In this document: one piece after another, positions 30,274 through 40,939 of the stretch
Layout: each line of letters opens with the position of its first letter
How positions within the stretch are numbered: the first letter of the stretch is position 1
Virus record (IMG/VR): IMGVR_UViG_3300023184_000033
Coordinates: 1 to 64,000 of that record
DNA length: 64,000 nucleotides
Reading direction: 5' to 3' (one strand)
From: a virus
Notes under the pieces: model-generated
What the model saw: the letters and a program-made list of their open reading frames with translations, nothing else
Told to the model about the DNA's origin: nothing
The model's database searches: none
Made by a program: the position numbers and the translations under genes

Positions 30274-31377
30274 TTATCTAATGATTTGAATGTCTTTCCC
30301 TGAGGTCCAGACTTCAAGTTCATTACGCAAACGACCTTCTGTCTGTAAGGTTTCAAAACGATTAATCGCTTTCTTTCTCCACCATTCCACCAAGTTTACC
30401 AGATTGTGTTTTTCATAGTTTTCACCAGGAATAAGTATATCGGTCTTACAGTTAATGTAATCCACCATGTTATTATATCCATAATTACTTGTATAATATC
30501 TTTTCTTCTCTGTCAACCTTTTAGCCTTCTCAATCGTTGCTTGGAATGTCCCCCCTTCAGGTTTATCCTTTAAAGCAGCTTTAGTTAAAGCAATAATCTT
30601 CATTGATATCTTAAGCTTTCTACTAGAGATATCTTCCTCAACGATTTGGCCAACTTTACTCTCCACAAAATCACGCAACACTTCATAAGGTTTGCCGTGC
30701 ATCATTGGTAGAAAATCCGAATCTGTTAAACCTTGGTATCGTAGAAATGGTTTCATGCCATCATATTGGGACACAGATTTAGTTGTACCATACAAGCTTG
30801 TTGTTTCAAACAAACACAGATTCATTCCATATTTCTTGTTTGCAATTTCTCTTACCTCATGTGAGGTGCAGATAGCCGCCAATAACTTACCACCAAGGTA
30901 GTTGTAACCAAAAGGTTGTGACGGTACGATAACGAAACCCATCAAAGTAGAATCATTGAATCTCTTATTCCATTCAGGTTTCTGCGTAAACACTTGTCCA
31001 AGCATTTCGTTTCTTGGTTTCATGTTGATTACTGGTGAACCAAGCCGGATGAATCCAACGAACTTTCCTGTGGTTGTCTCTCTAACGGCCAAACGAATCT
31101 GTTTACCGACAGGTTGAATATTGATGTGTGATGATGTGATTGCAAGTAATGTTTCCCATGTATCTGGTGCAATCTCAGTCACTTCAAATTTCATATCTTT
31201 TGGATGCATGGAGAAATCAGAAAACAAATCATCTTCAGGTGGAAACAATGAGGATGGAATTTCATTTAATGAATTCATTTTTTGGTCACGCATGTACTCA
31301 TCGATGCGGTCAAAGTTACCAAAATAATCTTCAAAGGCCTTGGCACAAACCAAGGCATCTTCATAAGCTAAATTCAT
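30274..31377 (-). CDS. DUF4338 (DruA-like) protein
   Basis: P.QPFGYNYLGGKLLA, TTSLYG...SQYDG. Confidence 0.75.
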   Translation of the reverse strand: MNLAYEDALVCAKAFEDYFGNFDRIDEYMRDQKMNSLNEIPSSLFPPEDDLFSDFSMHPKDMKFEVTEIAPDTWETLLAITSSHINIQPVGKQIRLAVRETTTGKFVGFIRLGSPVINMKPRNEMLGQVFTQKPEWNKRFNDSTLMGFVIVPSQPFGYNYLGGKLLAAICTSHEVREIANKKYGMNLCLFETTSLYGTTKSVSQYDGMKPFLRYQGLTDSDFLPMMHGKPYEVLRDFVESKVGQIVEEDISSRKLKISMKIIALTKAALKDKPEGGTFQATIEKAKRLTEKKRYYTSNYGYNNMVDYINCKTDILIPGENYEKHNLVNLVEWWRKKAINRFETLQTEGRLRNELEVWTSGKDIQIIR

Positions 31378-32783
31378 ACTTTGAATCCACTAAATTTGTT
31401 CTGTTTACGTTCTCTGTCACCAAAAGTATTTACTGGCTTATCATTGTGACCTGCATCAATCAGGTCATCTTGAGCAGATTGTTCAATATCATATAATCTC
31501 ATCTTGCTTCTATCGATACCCAAGGTAAAACGTTTTAGATAAGTCGGATCATTATAACGATTCTTCAACTGTTTAACCATAATCTGATTCATTGCTTCAA
31601 GTTCTTCTGAAGAAATTAAAGCAAACATCAAATCTGCTGTTGCTGGCAAACCAAAACTCTCACTTGTATCCTCAAGTCCTGGGTCGGAAGAAGTAAAACC
31701 GGATCTTGTGGTCTGAGTTGCAGAAACAATCGGGACTCCATATTCAACGGCAAGTCCACGCAATTCTTCTGCAATTGATTTGACATAAGTGTAAGAATTG
31801 ATATTTGCTCCTGCCTTAATGCGAGAACTACAACAAATGTTAAGATAATCGATAAAGATAATATCAGGTATAAAAGACTTTTTAAGATTGAGCTCATTCA
31901 GTAGTGTCCTAAAGTGTGTAGTTGAAGCCGCTGCGGTTGGATATTCTTTAATGATTAATTTACCCGCACATTTACTACGAACTCTAGCAACTTTTTTATC
32001 ATAAAGGTCTTTTGGAATTTCCATCAAACTATCAATAGTTATATCCAATAAGTTTGCATCAATACGTTCAGCAATCTTTTCTTCTGCCATTTCCATCGTA
32101 ATGTACAAAACATTTTTACCTTGTACCATGGCACCAGCAGCAACGTGACACATGAATAATGATTTACCAACACCAGTTCCTGCCAAGGCAATGTTTAGTG
32201 TCTTTTTAGGTAAACCACCTTTGGTTATCTTATTGAAGAATTCAAGATCAAAAGGAATTCTCTCTTCTTTCTTGTGATAGAATTCATAACGTTCATCGGA
32301 GTTTTCGAGGTAATCATGACCAACGGAGTTATCAAAACTTATCGCCAAGGCGTTCGATAATAGAGTGGGAATCGCACCTTTGTCTTGGGTTTTATCTTTT
32401 CCATCGAGAATAGAAATAGACCCCAATACTGCATTGTAGATGGCTTTCTCTTGACAAAACTTTTCTGTCTTATCAACAAGCCATTGAATTTTGGATTCTT
32501 CGCTTTTAGTTTTCTCAATCTCTTGTAGATAACTTTCACAGTTCTCCACTTCTTCATTTGTGAGATTTCGCCTCTCTTTGACGGCCAAACCAAGTGCTTC
32601 AATCGTTGGTGTAGAATTATAAGTTTCCGTGAATGATGTAATCTCATTATATAATGTTCTATCGGTTCTATCGAAAAAATAGTCTTCTTTTAAGAATGGT
32701 AATACTTTGCGTAAGTAATCTTCATTGTAAATCAGATTCTTTAGAATCGTCTGTTCCAGTTTCATCAATAATATCTCCATCAA
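31374..32783 (-). CDS. 41: replicative DNA helicase (gp41)
   Basis: AGTGVGKS, IIKEYPT, DYLNI, SATQTTR, QLKNRY. Confidence 0.95.
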   Translation of the reverse strand: MMEILLMKLEQTILKNLIYNEDYLRKVLPFLKEDYFFDRTDRTLYNEITSFTETYNSTPTIEALGLAVKERRNLTNEEVENCESYLQEIEKTKSEESKIQWLVDKTEKFCQEKAIYNAVLGSISILDGKDKTQDKGAIPTLLSNALAISFDNSVGHDYLENSDERYEFYHKKEERIPFDLEFFNKITKGGLPKKTLNIALAGTGVGKSLFMCHVAAGAMVQGKNVLYITMEMAEEKIAERIDANLLDITIDSLMEIPKDLYDKKVARVRSKCAGKLIIKEYPTAAASTTHFRTLLNELNLKKSFIPDIIFIDYLNICCSSRIKAGANINSYTYVKSIAEELRGLAVEYGVPIVSATQTTRSGFTSSDPGLEDTSESFGLPATADLMFALISSEELEAMNQIMVKQLKNRYNDPTYLKRFTLGIDRSKMRLYDIEQSAQDDLIDAGHNDKPVNTFGDRERKQNKFSGFKV

Positions 32784-33045
32784 GGTCGGTAAGCATAAGT
32801 TCTACCAACAAGTCACCAGCATACCGTTGGAAGTCTGGATCTTTTTCCATCTTCTTCGGTTTCATAACTGGTGATTCTAACACATAATAAGCAAAAAGTA
32901 AACGAGTTTGAAAGCCTTCATCGGCAAACTTAACTTTTCCGTATTTAAATACCGTATCTTTATATTTGCCATCTAATAATTTAATATGTACTGATTCTTT
33001 ATCATCTTTCGGATAAATGAAACAATAATCAAGGCCTTCAATCAT
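32722..33045 (-). CDS. hypothetical protein
   Basis: ORF between uvsX and gp41. Confidence 0.65.
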   Translation of the reverse strand: MIEGLDYCFIYPKDDKESVHIKLLDGKYKDTVFKYGKVKFADEGFQTRLLFAYYVLESPVMKPKKMEKDPDFQRYAGDLLVELMLTDLDGDIIDETGTDDSKESDLQ

Positions 33046-33280
33046 AATTTATCTCATCAAACTTCTTTTCTTGAATTGTTTTTTCACCAAACACTTTTCT
33101 AGGATTTGCACACATAACACAATTTGGATTACCACAATTCATTACATGTCGTTTATTCAATTTATGTGGTTCTGTTACTGGAATACCATATGCTTTCGCT
33201 ATCTTAATTTGTTTCTTAATATGTGTTTCATCATCATGTAAACGCTTGCTGTGTTTGATTTTTGCGTCTTCGTGGCTCAT
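33038..33280 (-). CDS. small Cys-rich protein
   Basis: CGNPNCVMCANPR. Confidence 0.65.
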   Translation of the reverse strand: MSHEDAKIKHSKRLHDDETHIKKQIKIAKAYGIPVTEPHKLNKRHVMNCGNPNCVMCANPRKVFGEKTIQEKKFDEINYD

Positions 33281-33281
33281 A

Positions 33282-34355
33282 TTAAACTCCGTTCATTGTT
33301 TCCAATTCAAATGCTTCTTCAATGTCTTCTTTTTTCATAATATCAGTTGAGGCAACTTTATATTTACCTTCAACGAAATCTCGAAATGTTTTTTGTTTCA
33401 ATATAGGCATCCAAAATTCTTTGGTGTCTGTTTCTTTGATTCGATATTTTTTATCTTCTATCTCACCAGTATCTCTATTAACTTTAGAGTACCATCCGTT
33501 TGATGGTTTAACCACATGGCCGGATTCCAGAGCAATATCAAGAAGACCAGACCACTTGCTAATGCCACCGTCAAAAGATACAGTAACAGGGATTTTAGAT
33601 TTCTCTTTAACATAACGACTCTTCTCTACATTAATAATAAAATTGTAACCAACAACTTCGGTGCCTTCTTTTTCTTGTTGGCGACCAATGATAAAGATGT
33701 TGTCTGCTGAATAGTAAGAACCCGTTCCGCCGCCGACGATTGCTTTCGGGAACATTCCAATTTCCATGTACGTATGATTAACTACAATCATTGGAATATC
33801 TTTTAAGTTCAAATGTGGTGTTACCATTCTGAACAAAGATTTAACTTGTTTGGCACGTGACATATCAGCCACAGATTTTTCGGCCAAAGCATCTTCGACT
33901 TCTTTTTTGGATGCTAAGTTACCAATAGAATCAATAATGATAATCAACTTATCACCACGTTCCAGTTGTGTTAACTGTTGCATGATATCGAATTTTAATT
34001 GTTCTATGTCGGTAAGTGGTGTATGAAGAACACGACTGGTATCAATACCAAAGGAGTCGAAATAACTTTGAGGAGTACCAAACTCGGAATCATAAAACAA
34101 AAGCGCTGCATCTTTATATTTGTCGAGGTACGATTTAGCCATCAAAAGAGAAAATGCAGTCTTAAAGTGTTTTGATGGGCCGGCCCACATTGTAAGTCCT
34201 GGAGTTAGTCCGCCATCTAGTTTGCCTGACAGTGCTACATTGATAATAGGTACTGCGGTTGGAATCATGTCCTTGTCTGTAAAGAATTTGGACTTAGATA
34301 GAATAGCAGAATCTTTGATGCTACTGTTCTTTTTAATTTTGTCAAGAATACTCAT
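33282..34355 (-). CDS. uvsX: RecA-like recombinase
   Basis: GPSKHFKT, YDSEFG, DSIGNLAS. Confidence 0.95.
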   Translation of the reverse strand: MSILDKIKKNSSIKDSAILSKSKFFTDKDMIPTAVPIINVALSGKLDGGLTPGLTMWAGPSKHFKTAFSLLMAKSYLDKYKDAALLFYDSEFGTPQSYFDSFGIDTSRVLHTPLTDIEQLKFDIMQQLTQLERGDKLIIIIDSIGNLASKKEVEDALAEKSVADMSRAKQVKSLFRMVTPHLNLKDIPMIVVNHTYMEIGMFPKAIVGGGTGSYYSADNIFIIGRQQEKEGTEVVGYNFIINVEKSRYVKEKSKIPVTVSFDGGISKWSGLLDIALESGHVVKPSNGWYSKVNRDTGEIEDKKYRIKETDTKEFWMPILKQKTFRDFVEGKYKVASTDIMKKEDIEEAFELETMNGV

Positions 34356-35444
34356 TTATTTTCCTTTTTCACGAAATGCATATGGATCATCATAATCATA
34401 CTTAGGTTCCAATTTTTTGACTGGAACGTTGTGTTCTTCATAAAAGCCTGGAGCAAGATGCACAGCAACTTGTTCGTGCTCATTACTAATATTTGGATAA
34501 GTTGGTGTTGTTACTTCAAACGTTGGACCAGTTTGAATCCATTCTTCACCAGGATTTCTCACGCCTTCAAAATCAACTGTTGTTTTATTTACAACAGGAA
34601 CCACACTCTCTTTAATTTGTTCGAACTGATTTGTAGTCAAAGGCCCATCATCCTGTTTATAGTTAATTATAACATCATCTTCTTCTTTTGGCAAGACTTT
34701 TTCTGGCTTTTTCATACTCATATTTGCTGCTATCAATAATAACACAGCTAACGGGTCAAACACAAGCATAATTAACATAATTACCAAACGAACTGCTTTG
34801 TCTATTAAATCCTTTTCACCAGATCCATAAATTAATTCGGCAACATATTTTATTGGTCCAAAATCCGATTCTACCTTCTGAAGTTCGGTTGAGAGTGGGG
34901 CCACTTCATCACTAAGAGTTGCCACTTTACGTTGGGATTCTTGTGTCTCTGCCAAAAGGCGTGTGCGTTCTTTCTGTTGGGTTTTACGTAACGCAACTGC
35001 TTTATCGGCACCCTTTTCATCTGTTGAGCGACCCATAACTTGGTCCACAGATTCATCAAGTTGTTTGATTGCTTTGCGATTGGCATCTATATTTTCCTTC
35101 TCAACTTTAATCTTTTCATTATATAATCCAACTTTGTTGGCCAAAGGTGCCATTGATGCTGATTGTTCTAAGTGTGCTTTGGACAAATAACCAAATATAC
35201 CCATCGATGTAATTAACATCAATATTACAACAGCAATTGTTAAATATGTTTTTAATAGAAATGGTGCTTTGTCCCAATTTCGATATAACCAAGATGTTGT
35301 AACAACTTTTGCAAACTCAAGAGAAGAACCCATAAAAACAACTGGCCAAAAAGCACCAACAAAAATTGATGCTAATCCAATTACTGAATAGTATGCGGCA
35401 ATACCCGATAGGAGTAAAGCGGCCAGTAGTGTTAAAAATGTCAT
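34356..35444 (-). CDS. membrane protein with coiled coil
   Basis: N-terminal TMs, GPIKYVA, FDPLAVLL. Confidence 0.7.
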   Translation of the reverse strand: MTFLTLLAALLLSGIAAYYSVIGLASIFVGAFWPVVFMGSSLEFAKVVTTSWLYRNWDKAPFLLKTYLTIAVVILMLITSMGIFGYLSKAHLEQSASMAPLANKVGLYNEKIKVEKENIDANRKAIKQLDESVDQVMGRSTDEKGADKAVALRKTQQKERTRLLAETQESQRKVATLSDEVAPLSTELQKVESDFGPIKYVAELIYGSGEKDLIDKAVRLVIMLIMLVFDPLAVLLLIAANMSMKKPEKVLPKEEDDVIINYKQDDGPLTTNQFEQIKESVVPVVNKTTVDFEGVRNPGEEWIQTGPTFEVTTPTYPNISNEHEQVAVHLAPGFYEEHNVPVKKLEPKYDYDDPYAFREKGK

Positions 35445-37987
35445 GCAAAAAAGTCCTCTAGTGAGCTAACTTTCTCAGTTTTCCATCCCATGCAATCCAA
35501 AACAACTTTAATTGGTTCAAGAAAAGCTTTCGAAAATTGTGTATCATAATCAATATAATTCTGTAATTCAAATTCTTTTGGCAGTCTGCCGGGATAAGAC
35601 ACGACCATATCCTTGAAAGGATTAGGCATTTTGAGATAAGTAAATTTAACTTTCTCACCTTCTTGTATCAAAGGATACTTTTTATCCAAACCTTTTTGTT
35701 TAAGATAGTGGTTATGAAGAATTGCACCTTTTACGTGAATAGGTGTACCCTTCTTATAAAGAGAAAGTGAGTCTGAATAGGTATTTAGCCCATTAAGACC
35801 TCTAGGAAAAGAAATTTCTTCCACAGGAAGTTGATTAAAACTATCTCTAAACTCTTTAATGAATTTATGAATATCATCTTCAGTACCATTTACCATCAAC
35901 TTAACAGCTTCAACCATTTTTACACGAATAATGGAAGGAGTTGAGGATTTAATCATCTCAAGTCCCATGATCTTCATGTGTGGTTCGTTGTACTGTACAC
36001 CTTCGTTGTTATGCACATTTAAGATATAACGTTTCTTGGCAGTCCAGATACCTTTGTCAGATAATCCTTCACGCTTCATTTCCATCTTTTGTTGATATGC
36101 GTGGACATACGTAGCAAGTTCTTGATAACTCTTGTCGATGTATGGTTGTATTTTATCTTCACAGACACGGTCCATGAAGGATATAATTTGTTTAACATCT
36201 GTCTTCGATGAATACACTTTATTAACAAGTGGACCAAGCTTGAGATAAATCGAATCTGTGTCTGAGGCGATAACATAATCTTCGTTTTCTGTTTTCAATA
36301 GTGTATTCAAATATACATTTAATTTATTTTCAATCCAACGAATACTTAATTGACCAGCAGTGGTGACACCCAAGGCCATACGCAAATCATAGAAACGGAA
36401 GTATTGTGAACCAAGAGCACCATAAGCAGAGTTAAGTGATACTTTCTTTGCTAGTTGAATGTTATTGAATTTTGCAATTCGTTTTTCGATTTCATACTTT
36501 TTGGATTCATCGGTTTCATTTTCAAGTTCCTGTGTTGCGTTCAACATCATCTTCTTAAACTTCTTACGATCCTGATACATTTCTTCCATCATTGCAGGTA
36601 AAAAACCTTGAATGTCTGTACGAAAGAATTGTCCGTTTGGGGTAATAGTTGCACCTTCCAAACTTGAAAGGTCAATTTGTTTTTTAAGTAACTTATCAAC
36701 CGATACAACCTGTGACAAAATGTCACGCATTTCATCTGTATAGTCTTCTGGTTTAATAAGAGTCTCTGGTGAAATATTGTATTGCATCATTAGATGAGGA
36801 TACAAAGAGTTCAAGTCAAAACTGGCAACATAGTGATGCAGACCAACTTGTGGATCTTTTACATAAGCACCTTCAAACGCTTCAGTCTTTTCCTGTACAT
36901 CACGTGGAGGAACAACAATACTCTTTTCCAACAGGTAAGAGTATGTCAAAGAATCCCACATACGTGTCTGTGCAAACACATCTTCATAGTTACATTTGGT
37001 ATCATATGCAAGAGTCAAAGCCAACTCAACCAATTTTAACTTGTCTTCAAGTTTCAGGATCAGTTTAACGTCTTTGATGTTGTACTCAATAAACTTCTGA
37101 TAGTTCAATCGGTAAAGAGCATGAAGGTTATCATATTCATCATAGGAAATTTTACCTTCACCAAGTTCAACTTGTGCAATGTTATCCAAACGATATGATT
37201 CCTGTGACTTACCACCTGGCGCATACCATTTGTATAACTCAATATAGTCGAGTGATTCGATACCGACAAGACCATAAGCAATCAACTTACGACCATTGAT
37301 ATTGGTTTGACGTTCAGAGATGTATCTCCAAGGCGACAGATTTCTTGTTTCTTCTTCGCCAAGAATCTTACGGAAACGATTGACAAGATAAGGAATATCA
37401 AAGAACTTGGTATTCCATCCAGTAATCACATCAGGACACTTGGCTTGCCACAGTTGAATAAATTTCTTGCAAAGAGTCCACTCATCTTTACACTTGATAT
37501 AGTTTTCATCACCTTGAACCACATAGTCACCACAACCGAACACATACGTTTCACCATTCAAGTATGTAACAGCAATAGCCGTGATAGGTTCGTTTGCAAG
37601 ATAAGGGTCGGGGAAACCATTTTCAGAACCAACCTCAATATCGATAACAGCAACGGAGACTTTATCTTGATCCCAATCAACCATGCCTTTGTGTTGGTCT
37701 GCAATAAATGCATATTCATATCTGGTGTTACCATAAATCTTTGGTGCACCAGGAAGTCCATCGAATTGTTTTACGAATTCTCTAGCTTCACGAATTGTTT
37801 CAAATTCTTTACGTTCTAGTGGAAGACCATCTAGACTTTTAAAAGACTCACCAGTATTTTTCCTACGGGCAGGCAAATACAAAGACGGCGAGTAATCAAT
37901 TTTAAGTTTGATTCGCTGGCCGTCTTTAACACCTCGATACAGAATACTGCCGCCGAGGTTTTGTACATTCGTATAGAAGTTACTCAA
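35441..37987 (-). CDS. 43: family B DNA polymerase (gp43)
   Basis: DIE exonuclease motif, SFDLNSLYP, K..LNS.YG, SDTDS, KKRY. Confidence 0.97.
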   Translation of the reverse strand: MSNFYTNVQNLGGSILYRGVKDGQRIKLKIDYSPSLYLPARRKNTGESFKSLDGLPLERKEFETIREAREFVKQFDGLPGAPKIYGNTRYEYAFIADQHKGMVDWDQDKVSVAVIDIEVGSENGFPDPYLANEPITAIAVTYLNGETYVFGCGDYVVQGDENYIKCKDEWTLCKKFIQLWQAKCPDVITGWNTKFFDIPYLVNRFRKILGEEETRNLSPWRYISERQTNINGRKLIAYGLVGIESLDYIELYKWYAPGGKSQESYRLDNIAQVELGEGKISYDEYDNLHALYRLNYQKFIEYNIKDVKLILKLEDKLKLVELALTLAYDTKCNYEDVFAQTRMWDSLTYSYLLEKSIVVPPRDVQEKTEAFEGAYVKDPQVGLHHYVASFDLNSLYPHLMMQYNISPETLIKPEDYTDEMRDILSQVVSVDKLLKKQIDLSSLEGATITPNGQFFRTDIQGFLPAMMEEMYQDRKKFKKMMLNATQELENETDESKKYEIEKRIAKFNNIQLAKKVSLNSAYGALGSQYFRFYDLRMALGVTTAGQLSIRWIENKLNVYLNTLLKTENEDYVIASDTDSIYLKLGPLVNKVYSSKTDVKQIISFMDRVCEDKIQPYIDKSYQELATYVHAYQQKMEMKREGLSDKGIWTAKKRYILNVHNNEGVQYNEPHMKIMGLEMIKSSTPSIIRVKMVEAVKLMVNGTEDDIHKFIKEFRDSFNQLPVEEISFPRGLNGLNTYSDSLSLYKKGTPIHVKGAILHNHYLKQKGLDKKYPLIQEGEKVKFTYLKMPNPFKDMVVSYPGRLPKEFELQNYIDYDTQFSKAFLEPIKVVLDCMGWKTEKVSSLEDFFA

Positions 37988-37988
37988 G

Positions 37989-38312
37989 TTAACCTTTTGT
38001 CAAAATCGATTTTTGTGATGGAATTACGATACCGGATCCAAAGACTTGGTTATAGTTGTTAAGAAAGTCTTGTGCAGGTGTATAATAGTACACCACGAAC
38101 TTTTTGGCAATGGTTATTGTGGCATTCTTCGACTTTTGTACCGATTCAGCGTACATTGGAAAGTTTCCAAGACCAATTCCTGGTTGTCCGTTTGGACCGT
38201 TTAGTACCGCAATCGATACAGGATTATTGATAACATATTCGGTTTCCGATTCGATTTCCAAGTCACCCATAACGTCTTCACCGGTAATCAATTTCAATGC
38301 AATGATGTTCAT
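37989..38312 (-). CDS. Sm-like fold conserved phage protein
   Basis: LKLITGED..G, Y...FGSGIVIP. Confidence 0.65.
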   Translation of the reverse strand: MNIIALKLITGEDVMGDLEIESETEYVINNPVSIAVLNGPNGQPGIGLGNFPMYAESVQKSKNATITIAKKFVVYYYTPAQDFLNNYNQVFGSGIVIPSQKSILTKG

Positions 38313-38512
38313 AAAAGTCCTTAATAAAGTTAACACATAAATATATGTACATTATATATGATTTCGTCTGGACATGCAAGGTGTCCGTGTATTGTTTACC
38401 ACAGCAATATCGATTTTAGGAAATCAAAATGGCAGAAGAACAAAACCCCCCCTGATAACTGCCAAAAACTAGGTTTACCATAAATATGAATGAACTATTA
38501 TACGGAGACTTG

Positions 38513-38681
38513 CATGGTAACAAAGAAAGTTACTTCTAGAAGAAAATCGGTAGTGCCAGCCGCACCGACACCAACAAAAAACTTTCCAACGGCCGCTTTA
38601 GGGTTGGCTATGGTTGTTCTTACCAACTATCAAGCCGAAGTAAAACAAGCATTATCATTAATATTAAAAACGCTAACATGA
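38513..38681 (+). CDS. small membrane-associated hypothetical protein
   Basis: GGAG RBS; CATAAATA late-like box at ~38480. Confidence 0.5.
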
Positions 38682-39463
38682 TTATATTAGACAAATTCTT
38701 AGAATTCAAAAAACTACCTTACGTTCTTGCAGGAGTTATATTTCTTTGCAGTCTGGCTGTACTTAGTTGTTTTAAAAGTGCTGAAACTCAATTGAACACA
38801 CTCAATCAAGCTGTTTCGTTTAGTCGAATGATGACAAAATCATCCGATGATTTAACTAATTATGCAAGATATTACGTCACAACAAAAAACGAACAATGGA
38901 AAACTGAATTCAACAATGTGCTTAAAGTACGAAATGGTGAATTAGCTGATGAAAAAGGTATTGTCAAATCATTCAAAGATAGGCTCAAAGAAGTGCCGTT
39001 TTTACAGAGTGAATTAGATACACTTTTAAAAGCGGAGCAGTTAAGCAACAATTTGGCAAAGCTAGAGGTTGAAGCATTTGATTGGACTCAAAAGGGTAAA
39101 ATTGAATTGATTGCTGATGTACAAACTCATCACCACATGGCCGCACAATTATTGATGTTTGGTGATGACTATAAGAAACATAAAAATCAAATCATTCAAA
39201 CAACAAATGAATTTTATTCGGCAGTTGTGAATAGACTGCAATCACAATATTTGTTCTACATGACAACTGCATGGACAATGATAATTATTATTAATATAAG
39301 TTTAATACTTTTAATAGTCTCTATCAAGCACAAAGAAAACGTGGTGGTTGCTAGACCTAAACGAATAATAAAAAAAACACCAGTAAAAAAAGCACCAGTA
39401 AAAAAAGCACCAGTAAAAAAGATAATAAGGAATAAAAATGGCAGAAGTAATATTGCAAAATAA
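38678..39463 (+). CDS. 2-TM protein with MCP/histidine-kinase-type extracytoplasmic sensor domain and no signalling domain
   Basis: SSDDLTNYARYYVTT...RNG...SNNLAKLE; C-terminal KKAPV repeats. Confidence 0.65.
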   Translation: MIILDKFLEFKKLPYVLAGVIFLCSLAVLSCFKSAETQLNTLNQAVSFSRMMTKSSDDLTNYARYYVTTKNEQWKTEFNNVLKVRNGELADEKGIVKSFKDRLKEVPFLQSELDTLLKAEQLSNNLAKLEVEAFDWTQKGKIELIADVQTHHHMAAQLLMFGDDYKKHKNQIIQTTNEFYSAVVNRLQSQYLFYMTTAWTMIIIINISLILLIVSIKHKENVVVARPKRIIKKTPVKKAPVKKAPVKKIIRNKNGRSNIAK

Positions 39464-39995
39464 ACCATTGTCACGTAGTGAACGTGAAGCAAATATCAAA
39501 GACAAAGCAGGATGGTTGATTACTGTTCTAGCCGCTTTACTTGCAATCAATACATACATTTCAAGTGGCAACAGCAGTAAAGTATTGAACAATACAATTA
39601 GTGCAAACAATACTTGGGCATTCTATCAAGCAAAATCGGTTAAACAAACTCTTGCTGAGATGGCTAGAGATGATGCTATCGATAGAAAACAATTTGACAA
39701 AGCAGAAAAGTTAACCGCAAAAATTGATAGATATGAATCTGATCCTGCTACAGGCGAAGGTAAAAAAGAACTAATGGCAAAAGCACGTTCATTAGAAGCC
39801 GAACGTGACCAGATTCGTAAGTCTGGTCCTTGGTTAACATTTGCTGGTTCTGCATTTCAAATTGCAATTGTTTTATTGACTGCAAGTATTCTAGCAGTTA
39901 GCATGTCATTGTATTGGGGTAGTATTCTAGTTGGACTCGGTGCGGCATTACTTATGAGTCAGGGTCTGTGGCTGTGGCTGCCAATAATTTTATAA
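39438..39995 (+). CDS. DUF4337-like membrane protein
   Basis: W.FYQAKS.K, FQIAIVL..ASIL. Confidence 0.75.
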   Translation: MAEVILQNKPLSRSEREANIKDKAGWLITVLAALLAINTYISSGNSSKVLNNTISANNTWAFYQAKSVKQTLAEMARDDAIDRKQFDKAEKLTAKIDRYESDPATGEGKKELMAKARSLEAERDQIRKSGPWLTFAGSAFQIAIVLLTASILAVSMSLYWGSILVGLGAALLMSQGLWLWLPIIL

Positions 39996-40200
39996 AATGT
40001 ATTGTCTTTTTATTATTATTTGTAACAATAGCAAACGCTGAAAATTCAAAAGACAAACTTAAACCCAATGAAGCAAGAGTCTGTGCTCGGTGGATGTGGA
40101 CGGGTGATGTATTTGACCGTAAAGTTTATTGTGTTGAATGGGTAATAAAAGATTGCTCGAATAGACTGTATATAGACATATGTAAGCGTGGTAATTAATT

Positions 40201-40815
40201 ATGGATCCAATTACCATCGGACTTGCATTTACAGCTGCTCAAAGCGCAGTGGGTTATATAAAACAAGCTATTGCACTGGGCAAAGATGTTCACAGTCTTA
40301 CCGGTCAGTTCAACAAATTTTTTGAATCCTCAGATGCAATACATCGTGAGCGAGCAAAGATAAAGGCTAAAGGTAGCCGTCTAGGAAAAACTGACGCTGA
40401 ACTTGGCCACGAAGCACTTCAAATTGCCATGCATAGTGATGCTCTACGTACATATGAGCGTGAACTTAAAGACATGATTCTTTGGCAATTAGGTAAGCCT
40501 GAAATGTGGGAACACATGATTAAGGAGCGTACCAGATTATTCAAAGAGCGTGCAGAAGCTGAACAGGCTGAAGCGGAGCGTCTATTAGCACACAAGAAAA
40601 AAATGGCAGATATGTTTATCTTTGCCATGTATTTTATAGCAGGGTCTGTTATTTTATTTGCAATAGCTATGGGTGGTGTTGCAGTATACGGTGCGGCTGA
40701 AGAGAAAAGAATTTATGAAGAAAAAGTAGCGGCAAGAGCCGCAGTCATAAGAAGACAGGCAAAAGAAAGAGAAGCAGCAGAGAAAAAAGAAATAGATAAC
40801 TACACAAAAAATTAA
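40201..40815 (+). CDS. coiled-coil membrane protein
   Basis: MDPITI start; paralog-like to 40940..41710. Confidence 0.65.
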   Translation: MDPITIGLAFTAAQSAVGYIKQAIALGKDVHSLTGQFNKFFESSDAIHRERAKIKAKGSRLGKTDAELGHEALQIAMHSDALRTYERELKDMILWQLGKPEMWEHMIKERTRLFKERAEAEQAEAERLLAHKKKMADMFIFAMYFIAGSVILFAIAMGGVAVYGAAEEKRIYEEKVAARAAVIRRQAKEREAAEKKEIDNYTKN

Positions 40816-40939
40816 CATGTACTTTAATATAATAATTACTTTTAACGATATGCTTTTCATGTTATGCATGATACCCTTGGTCGCAGTATTCTGTGTAATG
40901 TTTTCAGACTGGTTGAAAGATAAAGACCGATACAAGTAA

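Noticed and set aside
38426-38456. AAAATGGCAGAAG start resembling the DUF4337 gene start
   Set aside because: Only a few codons long; too short to call a pseudogene.
39370-39421. 15-bp tandem repeat (AAAAAAGCACCAGTA)
   Set aside because: Coding KKAPV repeat within a CDS; not a separate element.
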